A DNA stretch of 64,000 nucleotides from an uncultured Phycisphaerales bacterium (GCA_963772725.1 CAVYYI010000001.1:1184001-1248000); one strand, 5' to 3'; counted from the first letter of the stretch, positions 20,214 through 30,406 are shown. Program-made: numbers and translations. The notes: a model not told the origin generated them from the sequence alone.

Positions 20214-20226
20214 AGTCCAGTGGACT
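20214..20226. promoter_or_regulatory. Palindromic operator-like site AGTCCA-N-TGGACT (copy B)
   Basis: Identical to 18459-18471. Confidence 0.55.
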
Positions 20227-20303
20227 ATCAAAATTTAATTTTTCTTTCCCCACTTCCGTGAGGATATTTTAAAAATTTTTCCTTTCCTTAAATATTTGAC
20301 CTA

Positions 20304-20332
20304 ATTGTATCACAAATTTGACCATAAGTCCA
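20304..20332 (-). promoter_or_regulatory. Sigma70-type promoter, copy B
   Basis: TGGACT-N17-TACAAT with extended -10 TG. Confidence 0.65.
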
Positions 20333-20554
20333 TACAAAAACATCAATTACAAACAATTTCGGCAGCGATAACCCGCTTTTGCCATAATATATGGCGTATC
20401 AGACAGGCAAAATGTGGCAACATTTTTGAATTTTTCTCATTTTTTTTAAGTTTTCACAAAAATCTTTAAATTCTCTTAAAAACCGCTGTTATGGATTTTT
20501 TCTATGATTATAGATGCACAAAGCACCGCAACTGTTCTCTAAATTTTAATCTTT

Positions 20555-20720
20555 TTTCATCCTGCCCGCCGTAGCTTTAGGGAAGGCTGGTTAATACCGT
20601 CTAAAAATCTGCGTAAATCTGCGCTACTCTGCGGATAATATTAGTTTTGAGTCGTGGGTTTTGAGTTCTTTTGAGCCTTCCCTCGATTTACCCGGGACAA
20701 GCTTTGGTGCCTTTTGGTGG
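20555..20720. repeat. Cluster of short REP-like and periodic elements downstream of dinD
   Basis: CCCGCCGTAGCTTTAGGGAAGGCTGG imperfect palindrome; 9-mer AATCTGCGT-AAATCTGCG-CTACTCTGCG; 7-mer GTTTTGA-GTCGTGG-GTTTTGA. Confidence 0.6.
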
Positions 20721-20725
20721 GGTGG

Positions 20726-21595
20726 CTATGGTGTATTGCCGCCAGTCAGACCTTTGCCGTTTTTTTCTTCCAGTTGAAGACGCGGTTTAACAGTTTTGAT
20801 TCTCTTTTTTACATCTCTGATATGCTCTGCAGGAGGAATATTTTCCGGCATTGTGCCGCCGATACGTTTAATGGCATCCCGCACTTCCTGCCCAACTTTC
20901 TTATGCGTCCGGATAGCATTTTCCTGACCTTTTATGTTATCCTTTTGCAGTTTTTCCCTTGTCTGAGTCATTCTAAACTGATTAGCCGCCAATTCGGTAG
21001 TGTTCATACGGTCCATTAGGTTTTGCCGTTTGTCGATTCCCTTGAATTTTCTGATGCCTTCAACTCCCCTGCCGTCATACAATCCCTTGTAACCTGCATC
21101 GTGGAAAACACCGAACATCTTATTTTGAACCCCCGCATCGCGTGCCGCACCTGACAATGCTCTGAACTCCTCCGATGTCTGTTTTCGCAGTTCAAGGCGT
21201 TCCATATCAGCAGCTAAAATCTCAGAAACTTCCTGTCTGCGGGTCTGGACGGCAAAATATTTCTGCGCATCGGCAATCTCAGGTTTGCGGGGGTCTCCGT
21301 TTTGTGCAATCAGATAGCAGGCAAAACGCGACAGATGATAATCAGCCGCATCCTGAATCGCCCCCTTGCCGCCGACTATCGGTTTGCGCACGCGCAAAGT
21401 GATAGTCCGGATTATTGCCTGACTGTTCACAGGAAACAGCCGCTTTTTTGATGGCATTTTCAAAACTCCGCCACTGGGTATATCCCAGCAGAGGTGCAAA
21501 TCGCGGGCAGACCAGTATTCTGCTCCATATTGATTGATTTCCTTTAGTTCCTCGAAGGATTTTCGGCCATAAACCGCTAAATTTTTTCCATTCAT
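20726..21595 (-). CDS. dinD: DNA damage-inducible protein D (two compensating frameshifts near 21498 and 21390)
   Basis: EYWSARDL; PLLGYTQWRSFENAIKKA..SC (in a neighbouring frame); LSRFACYLIAQNGDPRKPEIA.AQKYFAVQTRRQE; ELAANQFRMTQT. Confidence 0.85.
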   Translation of the reverse strand: MNGKNLAVYGRKSFEELKEINQYGAEYWSARDLHLCWDIPSGGVLKMPSKKRLFPVNSQAIIRTITLRVRKPIVGGKGAIQDAADYHLSRFACYLIAQNGDPRKPEIADAQKYFAVQTRRQEVSEILAADMERLELRKQTSEEFRALSGAARDAGVQNKMFGVFHDAGYKGLYDGRGVEGIRKFKGIDKRQNLMDRMNTTELAANQFRMTQTREKLQKDNIKGQENAIRTHKKVGQEVRDAIKRIGGTMPENIPPAEHIRDVKKRIKTVKPRLQLEEKNGKGLTGGNTP

Positions 21596-21615
21596 AACAA
21601 CAGCTTTCCCCTCTG

Positions 21616-24600
21616 CTAATACCCAGATGTGCCGCCAAAGCTGGAATAACTTCTCGAACCAAGCACAATTCAGGGACGCCCTGAGGCCAGATGCTCAGCA
21701 TAATCGACTGACTGTCCAACGAACTATCAGCATTAAATGTAAAGCCTGTACATACCCTGTGATACCGTCTGATTAGCGTTATCTGGCTGCGAAGGCTTGC
21801 CTCGTAATCGAAGTCATACTGCTGCGCAAAAATAACCGTATATCGCGGGTCTATTGCATACGTTATCGCGAATGTTACCGCGTTGGAGCCTGTCTGGTCA
21901 AGCACCTCAACGCGTCTCAAATACCTGCTTCCGATATAATAACTCAGGTTAGGCCAGACCAGGCGTGAAAAGCCTATATTATACTGCTGTACAACTCCGC
22001 TTTGCATATCGTAATTCAAATCGCTCAGCAACGCCGTCACATCGGTCATTCGCCATACATAATCCGCGCCGAAATAATTCCGCCGAGGCCCCCATGTCTC
22101 GAACCGCGGCAGATTGCGAGTCGAGTCAAGGTCACCGCCGAATATCGACGGCGCAGATAAAACCCGCAGCGGAACTAACTGATTGTTCCAGATAAATTCA
22201 TCCGGGCCGGAAGTCCCGGCCTCATCAGGGTTCTCAACGAAGGTTACATCCGTATCCAAACGCATCCAGTCAACCGTCTTTTCATTTGCTCCCGTGCCGC
22301 GCTTGGTCTGTAATCGCTGAGAAAGACCGACATTTACCATATCATGCTGGTTTTCCAGTGAAGAACTTTCTTCGAAATGCACCACCGTCATTTCCGGCTC
22401 TATGATATGCCTTAACTGGTTCAAATCCCACAGTCGCGATTTGACATCAGGATAAACCTTCCATAGCGGCCGGGGAGAAACACGAACTCCGCCCTCACCG
22501 AACCACAATTCCTTGTCCCCAAATTCGCCGGTATTGCTGCCATCCACAAGGCTTCTCGTAAAACCGCTGCGGTCATCGTACCCGAAGTTTCCCGCCACGA
22601 ACGGAACTACCTTGAAAGGCTCAAGATTCAAAGGCATATCGAGCTCTGTCCGGTGTGACATAAAAGAATACATCTCTTCGTTAATTTGCGTCGTATGGTC
22701 ATCGCCTATGCGCTGCCTCATGCGGCTGACCTGCGTATCGCTGTATAACGTGAATTTGTCGTCGAAAAGCGACTGGCCGGTACGGTGATATTCCACAGTC
22801 GGAAGTTCCTCAAGCTCATCGGCGAAATCGTTAATCCTGCCTTTACCCAGAATCGACAGACCCCAGTTGTCCTCTATCCTCTTGAGGTGAACATAAGTCT
22901 CCTGGCGATTGCTCGTAAAAAACTCATCACGGAAAAAACTCTCCATAAAATGTTCGTCTGAAATATAGGCTAATCCAGTCGTCAACTGCCAGTTATTCGG
23001 CAGGAACGTCCGGTTTTCCCACGTGAACATTCCGCGAAGCTCATTCGGCGGCTCAAGATTCTTCCTGCTGTAATCTCTGCCGAGCCTGTCCTCGCCGCTG
23101 TCTTGTATTATGTATCCGAGCATTCTGCCGAAATTACGCTCCCTCTTATAATCAACATCAATTCCCGCCCCGGGTCCGCGCTTACTGTAATAATCGAGGT
23201 TTAATGTGCTATTGGTTCCCTCCGGCTCCTGCAGACCAAGCAGCCGCGACAAATACCACCGCGTTTCAACGGATGTGCCGAAGCTGTTGCTATTACCTAC
23301 GCTCACACTCTTTATTGGAACGTCCGACTGCTCAAGATTGCTTCTAACCTTAGGCCAGTAAAATACCGTTGTCCCGCCGACATTAAATTTAACTTTACGC
23401 ATCTCAACATCATAACTGCTGTCCGAAAATTTTCCCGTCTCCTGGTCAACCGTGGTAGTATCCGTGATTGTCGCGTCCTCTGCCGTCATCGAGAGCTGCG
23501 GCTTATGAAATTCACTTGTCGTAATTGTTATTTGTTCCGCCTTGAACTGGTTTTCCGCCACCTGCCGGATTTTCGCCGCCCGAACATATATAGGAACGCC
23601 TCGCTTCGGGTCGAAATTTTTTATCTCCGCATTGACCGCCAGCGCCTTCTTCTCCTCAAAATCATAATAAATCTCATCCGCGCGAATCGTCCTCAGCCCT
23701 TCGGTCATCACAACATTGCCGCCGAGATAAACGGCCTTAATCCCGCTTTTCGATAGAACATCTTCCGTTCCCGCTGCCTCTTTACCCGATGGCGTCCCGC
23801 CGGCATAAAATACAACCGCGCTATCCCCTTTAAGTTCCAGCAGCATGCCGGACTCATCCTGCTTTTGCCAAACATAAAATTTCTGCATAATCGTCGCGAC
23901 ATTAGTACCATCAGGGCCTCTGACTGACTCCATCCGCAAAGGCTTATCGTCTATCGACGCAAAATTTATCGGGTATGAAAACTTCACTTCCTTTTCGGCC
24001 TTTTTAACAGGAGCGGCTTTTTTCCCCGCCTTGGCGAACAATCCGGGCTTTTTCTCTTTTACTTTCTTCGCCGTCTTAGCGGGTTCCTCTCCCGGCAGAG
24101 GCGGAACTTCCGCCCCAGGCTGAACCACAAACAAAGGCCCTTCCGGAACCGTCATGGATACCGCCAGCGCCTTTTCGTACAATTCCGTACCTCGCGGGTC
24201 AGCGGTCTGTCTTTGCTCCGCGGTAACAAAAACCTCACCGCTTACATTGAACCGCACAATCTCGCTTTTGCCATCTTCAGTTACAGTCCGGCTCAAATCC
24301 GCGGTCAAGGCGTTTTCCGATTTCTTAAGCGATACATCGCCCTGCATGTACGCCTCAGCTCTGTATTCGACGCTGACCTTGCCGCGATGCTCAGAAGTTA
24401 TGCTGTTCAGCCTGACTACCGCCTTACCGCTGGTAAATGTATTACCCCCTATCGACATTGAAAAACCGTCATCAAAAACAAATATATGCTCGCCGGTACT
24501 TATCTGGTAGCTTACCAGTTTGTGTCCTCCCATACGAAGGTCCTGGCCGCTAAAGGCGCTTGCCAGCCCGCTATCGACTGCCCGCGAAACTGCAGTCGTC

Positions 24601-24659
24601 AGTATGGCTATCATCCCTGCCGCGACCAAAACCGCTATCTGCTTCTTTTGCATATTCAT
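21616..24659 (-). CDS. LptD/OstA-like outer-membrane LPS assembly protein (frameshift near 21665 falsely fuses the ORF to dinD)
   Basis: Signal peptide; YLGGNVVM.EG.RTIRADEIYYD, LDYYSKRGPGAG, ISDEHFMESFF; beta-strand-rich C-terminus; corrected end LGSRSYSSFGGTSGY-stop. Confidence 0.72.
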
Positions 24660-24880
24660 ATTCCGTTACTGTGCAAAACTCAGCCTTAAAACGATAATTT
24701 TTGTGAATTATAGCCTTTCCCCCGCATAATACCAGCAAAAATCCTGTTAATAATCGATAACTTGACTTATTTTGTTTAATCAGGTAAAAAACACCATTAA
24801 CAGGGCCCCGACCACTCGCCGTGCTGCCCCCGTCGCAGCAGGTGAAGGAGGGGTATATTATTTTTTTTGAGAAACAGAAA

Positions 24881-25153
24881 ATGGCTAAACAAGAACGTTC
24901 CGACTATCAGAATAAAATAATTGCCAACTATTACGGCAATCTCAACGTTATTATGCTCCAAAGGCTAAGCGAACTGGTTACTGAACTTTATTTAGCCGAC
25001 AAGCCCGCGAAGAAAAAACAGCTTTGGGAAAGGGCACATAAGTCTATGGTCAATCTCAAAATCCCCCCTGCCCTGATTGAACATATAATGCAAAAACAAA
25101 GCGTCGAAATCCTCGCCAAAAACATCCAGGACTGGCTTAAAGCAAAAAAATGA
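24881..25153 (+). CDS. Small hypothetical protein (90 aa)
   Basis: Protein-like helical ORF MAKQERSDYQNKIIANYY...; upstream TTGACT-N17-TAAAAA. Confidence 0.7.
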   Translation: MAKQERSDYQNKIIANYYGNLNVIMLQRLSELVTELYLADKPAKKKQLWERAHKSMVNLKIPPALIEHIMQKQSVEILAKNIQDWLKAKK

Positions 25154-25221
25154 AGCGAGCGACAAATCTTGTTTCTCGCAAAGATGCTAAGAAGCAAAGA
25201 AATTTTAGATGGGATTTAACC

Positions 25222-28095
25222 TTATACGCTCCACGCTGTACGCTGTTTTTCCCCTTCCACGATTTTTATTTCCTCTTGCGTTAAACCGTATAATTCATAA
25301 ACCAACCCGTCAATCTGCCCATCCGTTGCCGTTATCTGCCGCCCCAGTCGCACTTTTTCATCAGGCGTTTTCGCCGCATTTATTTTCTTGTGCAATTCCA
25401 AAATCTGCTCTACAAGTGAAACTATCTTATCGTGTTCCGTCTTTTCTGACTTCTTTAAAAAATTAATTGTGCGAATAGGAAGTTGTTTGATGACGCTCGG
25501 TTTTATTTCGGCAAAGATTTTCCCTGTTTGGGGATTGCCGAGTTTATACACAAAGCCCATCATCTTTGAATTTATAAGACCAAGCAAGAATTTGAGGTTG
25601 ATTTCATATGAATAAATTATGAAGACAGAATTCTGACAATAAAACATCTTGTCATCATAGCATGCCCGTAAAGTATCGCTGGTTTGACGCATTAGAATTT
25701 TTGGCTTTAATATAACATCTTCGTTTGAAGGATACATGAGCCATTTACCATATTTGATAAATTGATCGCCGGGAAAATATATTTCATAACGATTTACATC
25801 TTTTCCGACCAAAAGAGGTTTCCACTGGTTCCCATCACATGTTTTGGAATGATATACTCTCTTTTCAAGCATTTCTTTTGTCTGAGGAGGAATTCCGTAA
25901 CCAACTTGGTACGGTTTAATACCCCATATTATAAAACAATTCTGTTGAAAATCTTGACTTAAATTGCGAATTTTTTTTAGCAATTGTTGTGTCTTTAAAT
26001 CCAAATCTATAATGATGCGACAGTAGTCGTCATTAAGCCAAATAGATTTCGAAACCATGTGGTCAAATACTCTTTTCCCTTTGCGAAAACGTATCGTTCG
26101 GCAATTAGCATCAGTATCGTTTATATTTTCCAACAAAATTATACAACTCTCAACAATAGCTTGCTTGAAGACACCATCTCCATGATCGACTACTTCATGA
26201 ATCTTCAAGGATAGTAATTTATGGCGATATTCCTTAGCATTATTTATCAATAGCCAAGTATTAGGGACGATATAACCAAGAAAACCTGATTTACGAAGCA
26301 CTTCTATAGCATGAGAAATAAAAAATAAATAACTATCTTTTGTCTTAGTCGGAACTGTAGGAAAATGGCTAACAAGGTAATCGCGTTCTTGTTTTGTAAA
26401 CTCAGCTCCCCAAGGTGGGTTTCCGATGACTACATCGAAGCCGCCCTGTTTGAAGACCTCCGCGAATTCCGCCTTCCAGTCGAAGGCATTTATCTTGTAT
26501 TTTTCCTCTTCGTCAAAAAAGTTAAGCTGCTGGTTTTCGTAAAAATCAGGCCCAATCAGCGAGTTGCCGCACTTGATATTTCCCGCCAAATCAGGCAGCG
26601 CACGCTCGTGAAATAATTTCAATGTTGACCCGATAGTCTCCTGTGTCTCATTTTCCAGCACTTTCAATAAAAGCGATAGCTTCGTTACCTCTACCGCCTG
26701 TGAATCAATATCCACGCCGAAAATATTGTTTAAGAGAATATTCTTCTTTTCGGAAATCGTAAGATACCACTGTCCGCCCTTACCCTGATATATTTGTTTA
26801 TTATATTTCGATGCGTCCTTTGCGTAATAGTCCCTGTGATAATTCAAAAGATACTGATACGCCCCGATAAGGAAAGAGCCGCTGCCGCAGGCCGGGTCGA
26901 GTATCCGCAATTTCGCAATCTGTTTCGGTGTCTTGCCCCCAACCAGTTTCCCCACCGTATTAGCCACAATGTAATCAACGATATATGACGGCGTATAATA
27001 AACTCCGCCTGCCTTTTTAACCTCGGGCTTATCCTCAACCTTTGCCTGATGAGAGGCGGTGAGTCGAATTACCTTGCCTAAAAACTGTTCATAGACGTTG
27101 CCGAGAATCTCGGCTGGCAAAACAGAAAATTCATAAGGGCTGTACGGATAATAAAGTGACTTGATAATCTCACTAAGATGCTTATCCTCAATATTAAGGT
27201 TAGGGGTTAAATCGTCAGGCGGTTCAGGACGCTGGCGTTCCTGCGTAAAATGAAATAAGCCCGAATTGTATTTCTCATCCGCACGCTGAAAAATCTGGTA
27301 AAGCCTTTTATAAATCTCCCTGCCGTTTATTAAGGCCAAAAGCTGCCCGTACTGTTCTATCCCCCTGTCCTCGCACATCCGAAGAAAAAGAATCCTGTCG
27401 ATTGTCAACTGCACCGAATAATTCAACTGCCGATTGCTCAGTGACTCATTTCTGATGGCGATATTTTTTGCCAGCATCTCCCGCCACGATTCAATTTCAT
27501 TTAGAAATTCCGCGTCAACGCTCGATGTGCCGCGTTTGCCTTTTGTTCCAACCGCGAATTTATCGAACGAGCCTTTAAGTACCGCTTCCTTACTAAATAA
27601 CCCCGCTATCTCATCCCACCGCTCCGCGTAATCCTTAAAGGTAAGATACATTATCCGCCCGACCGCCGCCTTATCGCCCGTATCAGGCCGTTTTGTGCAA
27701 TCGTAAACCGCGAACTCCTCAAAATCGGTCAGAATGGATAAAGGCAGTTTCGCACTCCAGGCGTACCTGCGCAATTGATACGCAGGCTCGATATCGCCTT
27801 TTATATCTACCGAAGGCTTTTTCGCCTCTAAAAAGAATTTCCTCGTCCCGCCGATACGAAAACAATAATCCGGCGCCTTGGTTGCTGAACCTATCTTTAT
27901 TGAATCCTCGTGAACAACGTCCTTATACGCCGGCGCGTTTCCCTGAGTGTTATTCACATCCCAGCCCAAAGCCATAAAAAACGGGTCTATAAACTCATGC
28001 CGAATCTGCGTCTCGTTATATCCGTTGCTCCTGTAAGTCTCAATATTTCGCTCGAAAGTCTCGACAAGCTGCAAAACATCTTTTGGCGCCGCCAT
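25222..28095 (-). CDS. Fused type IIG-like restriction endonuclease / N6-adenine methyltransferase
   Basis: N-terminal PD-(D/E)xK (APDY...LEAKK) HsdR_N-like domain; GVYYTP, LDPACGSGSF, GVDID, VIGNPPW; TaqI_C-like KILMRQT region. Confidence 0.9.
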   Translation of the reverse strand: MAAPKDVLQLVETFERNIETYRSNGYNETQIRHEFIDPFFMALGWDVNNTQGNAPAYKDVVHEDSIKIGSATKAPDYCFRIGGTRKFFLEAKKPSVDIKGDIEPAYQLRRYAWSAKLPLSILTDFEEFAVYDCTKRPDTGDKAAVGRIMYLTFKDYAERWDEIAGLFSKEAVLKGSFDKFAVGTKGKRGTSSVDAEFLNEIESWREMLAKNIAIRNESLSNRQLNYSVQLTIDRILFLRMCEDRGIEQYGQLLALINGREIYKRLYQIFQRADEKYNSGLFHFTQERQRPEPPDDLTPNLNIEDKHLSEIIKSLYYPYSPYEFSVLPAEILGNVYEQFLGKVIRLTASHQAKVEDKPEVKKAGGVYYTPSYIVDYIVANTVGKLVGGKTPKQIAKLRILDPACGSGSFLIGAYQYLLNYHRDYYAKDASKYNKQIYQGKGGQWYLTISEKKNILLNNIFGVDIDSQAVEVTKLSLLLKVLENETQETIGSTLKLFHERALPDLAGNIKCGNSLIGPDFYENQQLNFFDEEEKYKINAFDWKAEFAEVFKQGGFDVVIGNPPWGAEFTKQERDYLVSHFPTVPTKTKDSYLFFISHAIEVLRKSGFLGYIVPNTWLLINNAKEYRHKLLSLKIHEVVDHGDGVFKQAIVESCIILLENINDTDANCRTIRFRKGKRVFDHMVSKSIWLNDDYCRIIIDLDLKTQQLLKKIRNLSQDFQQNCFIIWGIKPYQVGYGIPPQTKEMLEKRVYHSKTCDGNQWKPLLVGKDVNRYEIYFPGDQFIKYGKWLMYPSNEDVILKPKILMRQTSDTLRACYDDKMFYCQNSVFIIYSYEINLKFLLGLINSKMMGFVYKLGNPQTGKIFAEIKPSVIKQLPIRTINFLKKSEKTEHDKIVSLVEQILELHKKINAAKTPDEKVRLGRQITATDGQIDGLVYELYGLTQEEIKIVEGEKQRTAWSV

Positions 28096-28507
28096 TTTTT
28101 ATTCCCCGAAAATTAATCCTTAATTTTTGGCCGAATACTACCATTTTCCCGCATTCGCAACAACCATTTTTTAATTGATAGCGGATTTTTGCAGTGTAAT
28201 GTTTTTGCCGGCGCGGCATGGGGTCGCGGGGCTTTCGGATAAAATAAAAAATTTTTAAACGGCAATAAATGGGGGGGTGAATCCGTCTTAGCGGGTGAAA
28301 ATAGTAAAGGAGCGTAAAATATGAATAAAAAAGAGAGAGCCTCGAAGGGCGTTTTGGGTCAGATTCCCGGGGCGATAGCCCTGATAATAAACGAAAATCG
28401 CCAGGCGGCGCGAAAATTATTGAAAAAATGCAATAAAATTGTAACGAAGGTTCGTCTTTACCTATGAAAGAAAATTTTGATACAGAAGTTTTTGAAAGGG
28501 AAAGATT

Positions 28508-29296
28508 ATGTTAAAGAAAATTATGCTTATAATTGCGGCAGTTGCTCTGACGGCAGGGGTATGTGTTTTCGCTGAGGAAAAGGCGAATGACCCGCCGCAA
28601 AAGAGACAGCGGATGCAGAGGGAAAAAAGGCAGGCGCCGGAGTTTAAGGAAGAACAGCAGATGCGTGAAGAAGGCCGAAAAGAGGCTAAGGATGAGGCTG
28701 GTTTACCCGCAATGGAGAGATTAGATAACTGGCTGAAAGAACTGAAAAAGGCGGTCAACGACAATGATAAGGAAAAAGTCAATGGTTTGATTGCGAAGAT
28801 GGAGCAGCGGACAAAGGAAATACGCGGGCGAGTCGAAAAGTTTCGTGAAAGACCCGGAATGGCGGGAGAGGGCAGGGAGCGTTTACGTGAGGAATTCGGC
28901 AACAGGCGAATAGCCCCTCAGGGAGAAATGCCGATGCGCGGTCGTGAATTTTATGGTTACGGGCAAGGAATGAGTCGATGGGGTGACGGTATGGGCGATC
29001 CTGGAATGCGGCGTGAGTTTCCGCGGATGGAAAGACAGCAGAGACGCGGTATGGAACGGCAACATGGCATGTACGGGCCGAGAATGTGTCCGCCGCGGAT
29101 GAGGATGCAGCGACGCGGCATGGGCTGCGGCTATGGATACGGATACGGTTTTGGCGGCGGCGCGATGAACTGGCGGGATAACGGTTTTCCGCAAAGGCGG
29201 GGAATGGGGCCGCTGAAAGAGGATATGAACAGGCAGCCATACAGCGGCGGCAGAGGGCGGCCAATGCAGAGATGGGACCCTGAAGAAGAATATTGA
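28508..29296 (+). CDS. Secreted Arg/Met/Gly-rich low-complexity protein
   Basis: Signal peptide (..VCVFA-EE), charged helical region, R/G/M-rich tail; RBS and terminator present. Confidence 0.7.
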   Translation: MLKKIMLIIAAVALTAGVCVFAEEKANDPPQKRQRMQREKRQAPEFKEEQQMREEGRKEAKDEAGLPAMERLDNWLKELKKAVNDNDKEKVNGLIAKMEQRTKEIRGRVEKFRERPGMAGEGRERLREEFGNRRIAPQGEMPMRGREFYGYGQGMSRWGDGMGDPGMRREFPRMERQQRRGMERQHGMYGPRMCPPRMRMQRRGMGCGYGYGYGFGGGAMNWRDNGFPQRRGMGPLKEDMNRQPYSGGRGRPMQRWDPEEEY

Positions 29297-29330
29297 TGTA
29301 AGAAAGCCCTATTAATACCTTTTCGAAATG

Positions 29331-29367
29331 AGGCTGTGTCATGCTATGACGCAGCCTTATTTTTTTT
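29331..29367 (+). terminator. Intrinsic terminator
   Basis: AGGCTGTGTCAT-GCT-ATGACGCAGCCT followed by a T-run. Confidence 0.85.
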
Positions 29368-29545
29368 GAAGACAGGGTTGAAAAACAGAACCGGTGTTTT
29401 CAGGGCGGCGTAATTATTAATGATGGGTATGAAAATAAATTTTTACCCTGCTATTGCATTGGCCAAGGTGACGTGGTAGTATATTAATAGGAGTGTAGAA
29501 AAGGGCAGGACGCCAATAATAAACATTTTTAGAAAGGGGGCTGTT

Positions 29546-29881
29546 ATGGCCAACGAAGAAAAAGGTGCGGAAGCTGTAGAAATGTCAGCAATTAAAGAGG
29601 ATTTCCAGAAGTTAGAGGGCGACATTAAAGAGATGTTGCGCACTCTTAGTTCGCAGGGAAAGGAGAAATTAGCGGAAACAAAGGTGCGGCTCGAAGGAGC
29701 GATTAGAAGTCTCAAAGGCAACGCACAGGAGAAACTTGGCGACGCGTACGATTGTGTTCGTGAACACAGCCAGCAAGCGATGGAAATAAGCAGAAAGAAA
29801 ATAGAGGAAAGGCCGCTTACGGCGGTATTCGCGGCTTTTGTTGCGGGGATATTGTTCACCAAGTTAATCGACCGGAGGTAA
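29546..29881 (+). CDS. DUF883 / ElaB-YqjD family membrane-anchored protein
   Basis: Helical body with C-terminal IEERPLTAVFAAFVAGILF..RR anchor. Confidence 0.85.
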   Translation: MANEEKGAEAVEMSAIKEDFQKLEGDIKEMLRTLSSQGKEKLAETKVRLEGAIRSLKGNAQEKLGDAYDCVREHSQQAMEISRKKIEERPLTAVFAAFVAGILFTKLIDRR

Positions 29882-29884
29882 CCA

Positions 29885-30203
29885 ATGGGTGCGATAACGG
29901 ATTTCATTAAAAGTGTGGGAGACATATTGTACACGCTGCTCAAGGCAGAGGGAAAACTTCTGGCGGGAATGATTGAAGGCGAGGCGAAGTGTCTGGAATA
30001 TCGCTTGAAACGCCTGTGTCACTGGTGCTGGATGCTGCTGTTTTACGTGCTTTTGCTTCTAACGGGTGTGTGGCTGTTATGTGGGCGCATTTAAGCTGCT
30101 GGCCGCGACGACCGGTGACGGAGTGGCGGTGCTGATTATGGGCGCGATAGTAAGCCTGCTGGCGATTACGTTTATTGTGGCGGCCAAAAGCTCCGTTAAA
30201 TAA
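29885..30203 (+). CDS. YqjE-like small membrane protein (frameshift near 30080)
   Basis: Directly follows the DUF883 gene with GGAGG RBS; second TM helix GVAVLIMGAIVSLLAITFIVAAK lies in the shifted frame. Confidence 0.55.
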
Positions 30204-30406
30204 GCCGCGATTTTGGGGGCTTGTTTTGAAAATCTCCGAAAATACAATCGCCTGTATAATTTATACAGGGTGAGGGGAATTAGTCCAGCCAAATAACAAG
30301 TGCGGCTTGTAAAAGGCAGGAACTTGTTTTATAATGCCCGCCCTGACGGTTTTCAGGAAATAGGTCTGTTTTGAGTTATTGTTATTATTTTGAAAGAAAG
30401 AGTTAG

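Noticed and set aside
20002..20253. 83-aa ORF over leader B as a leader peptide
   Set aside because: The equivalent frame in leader A is closed by stops; conservation follows base pairing, not codons.
21342..24659. Apparent LptD-DinD fusion in the 1105-aa ORF
   Set aside because: An indel near 21665 bypasses the natural stop at 21616-21618, and the DinD-like segment belongs to the frameshifted dinD gene.
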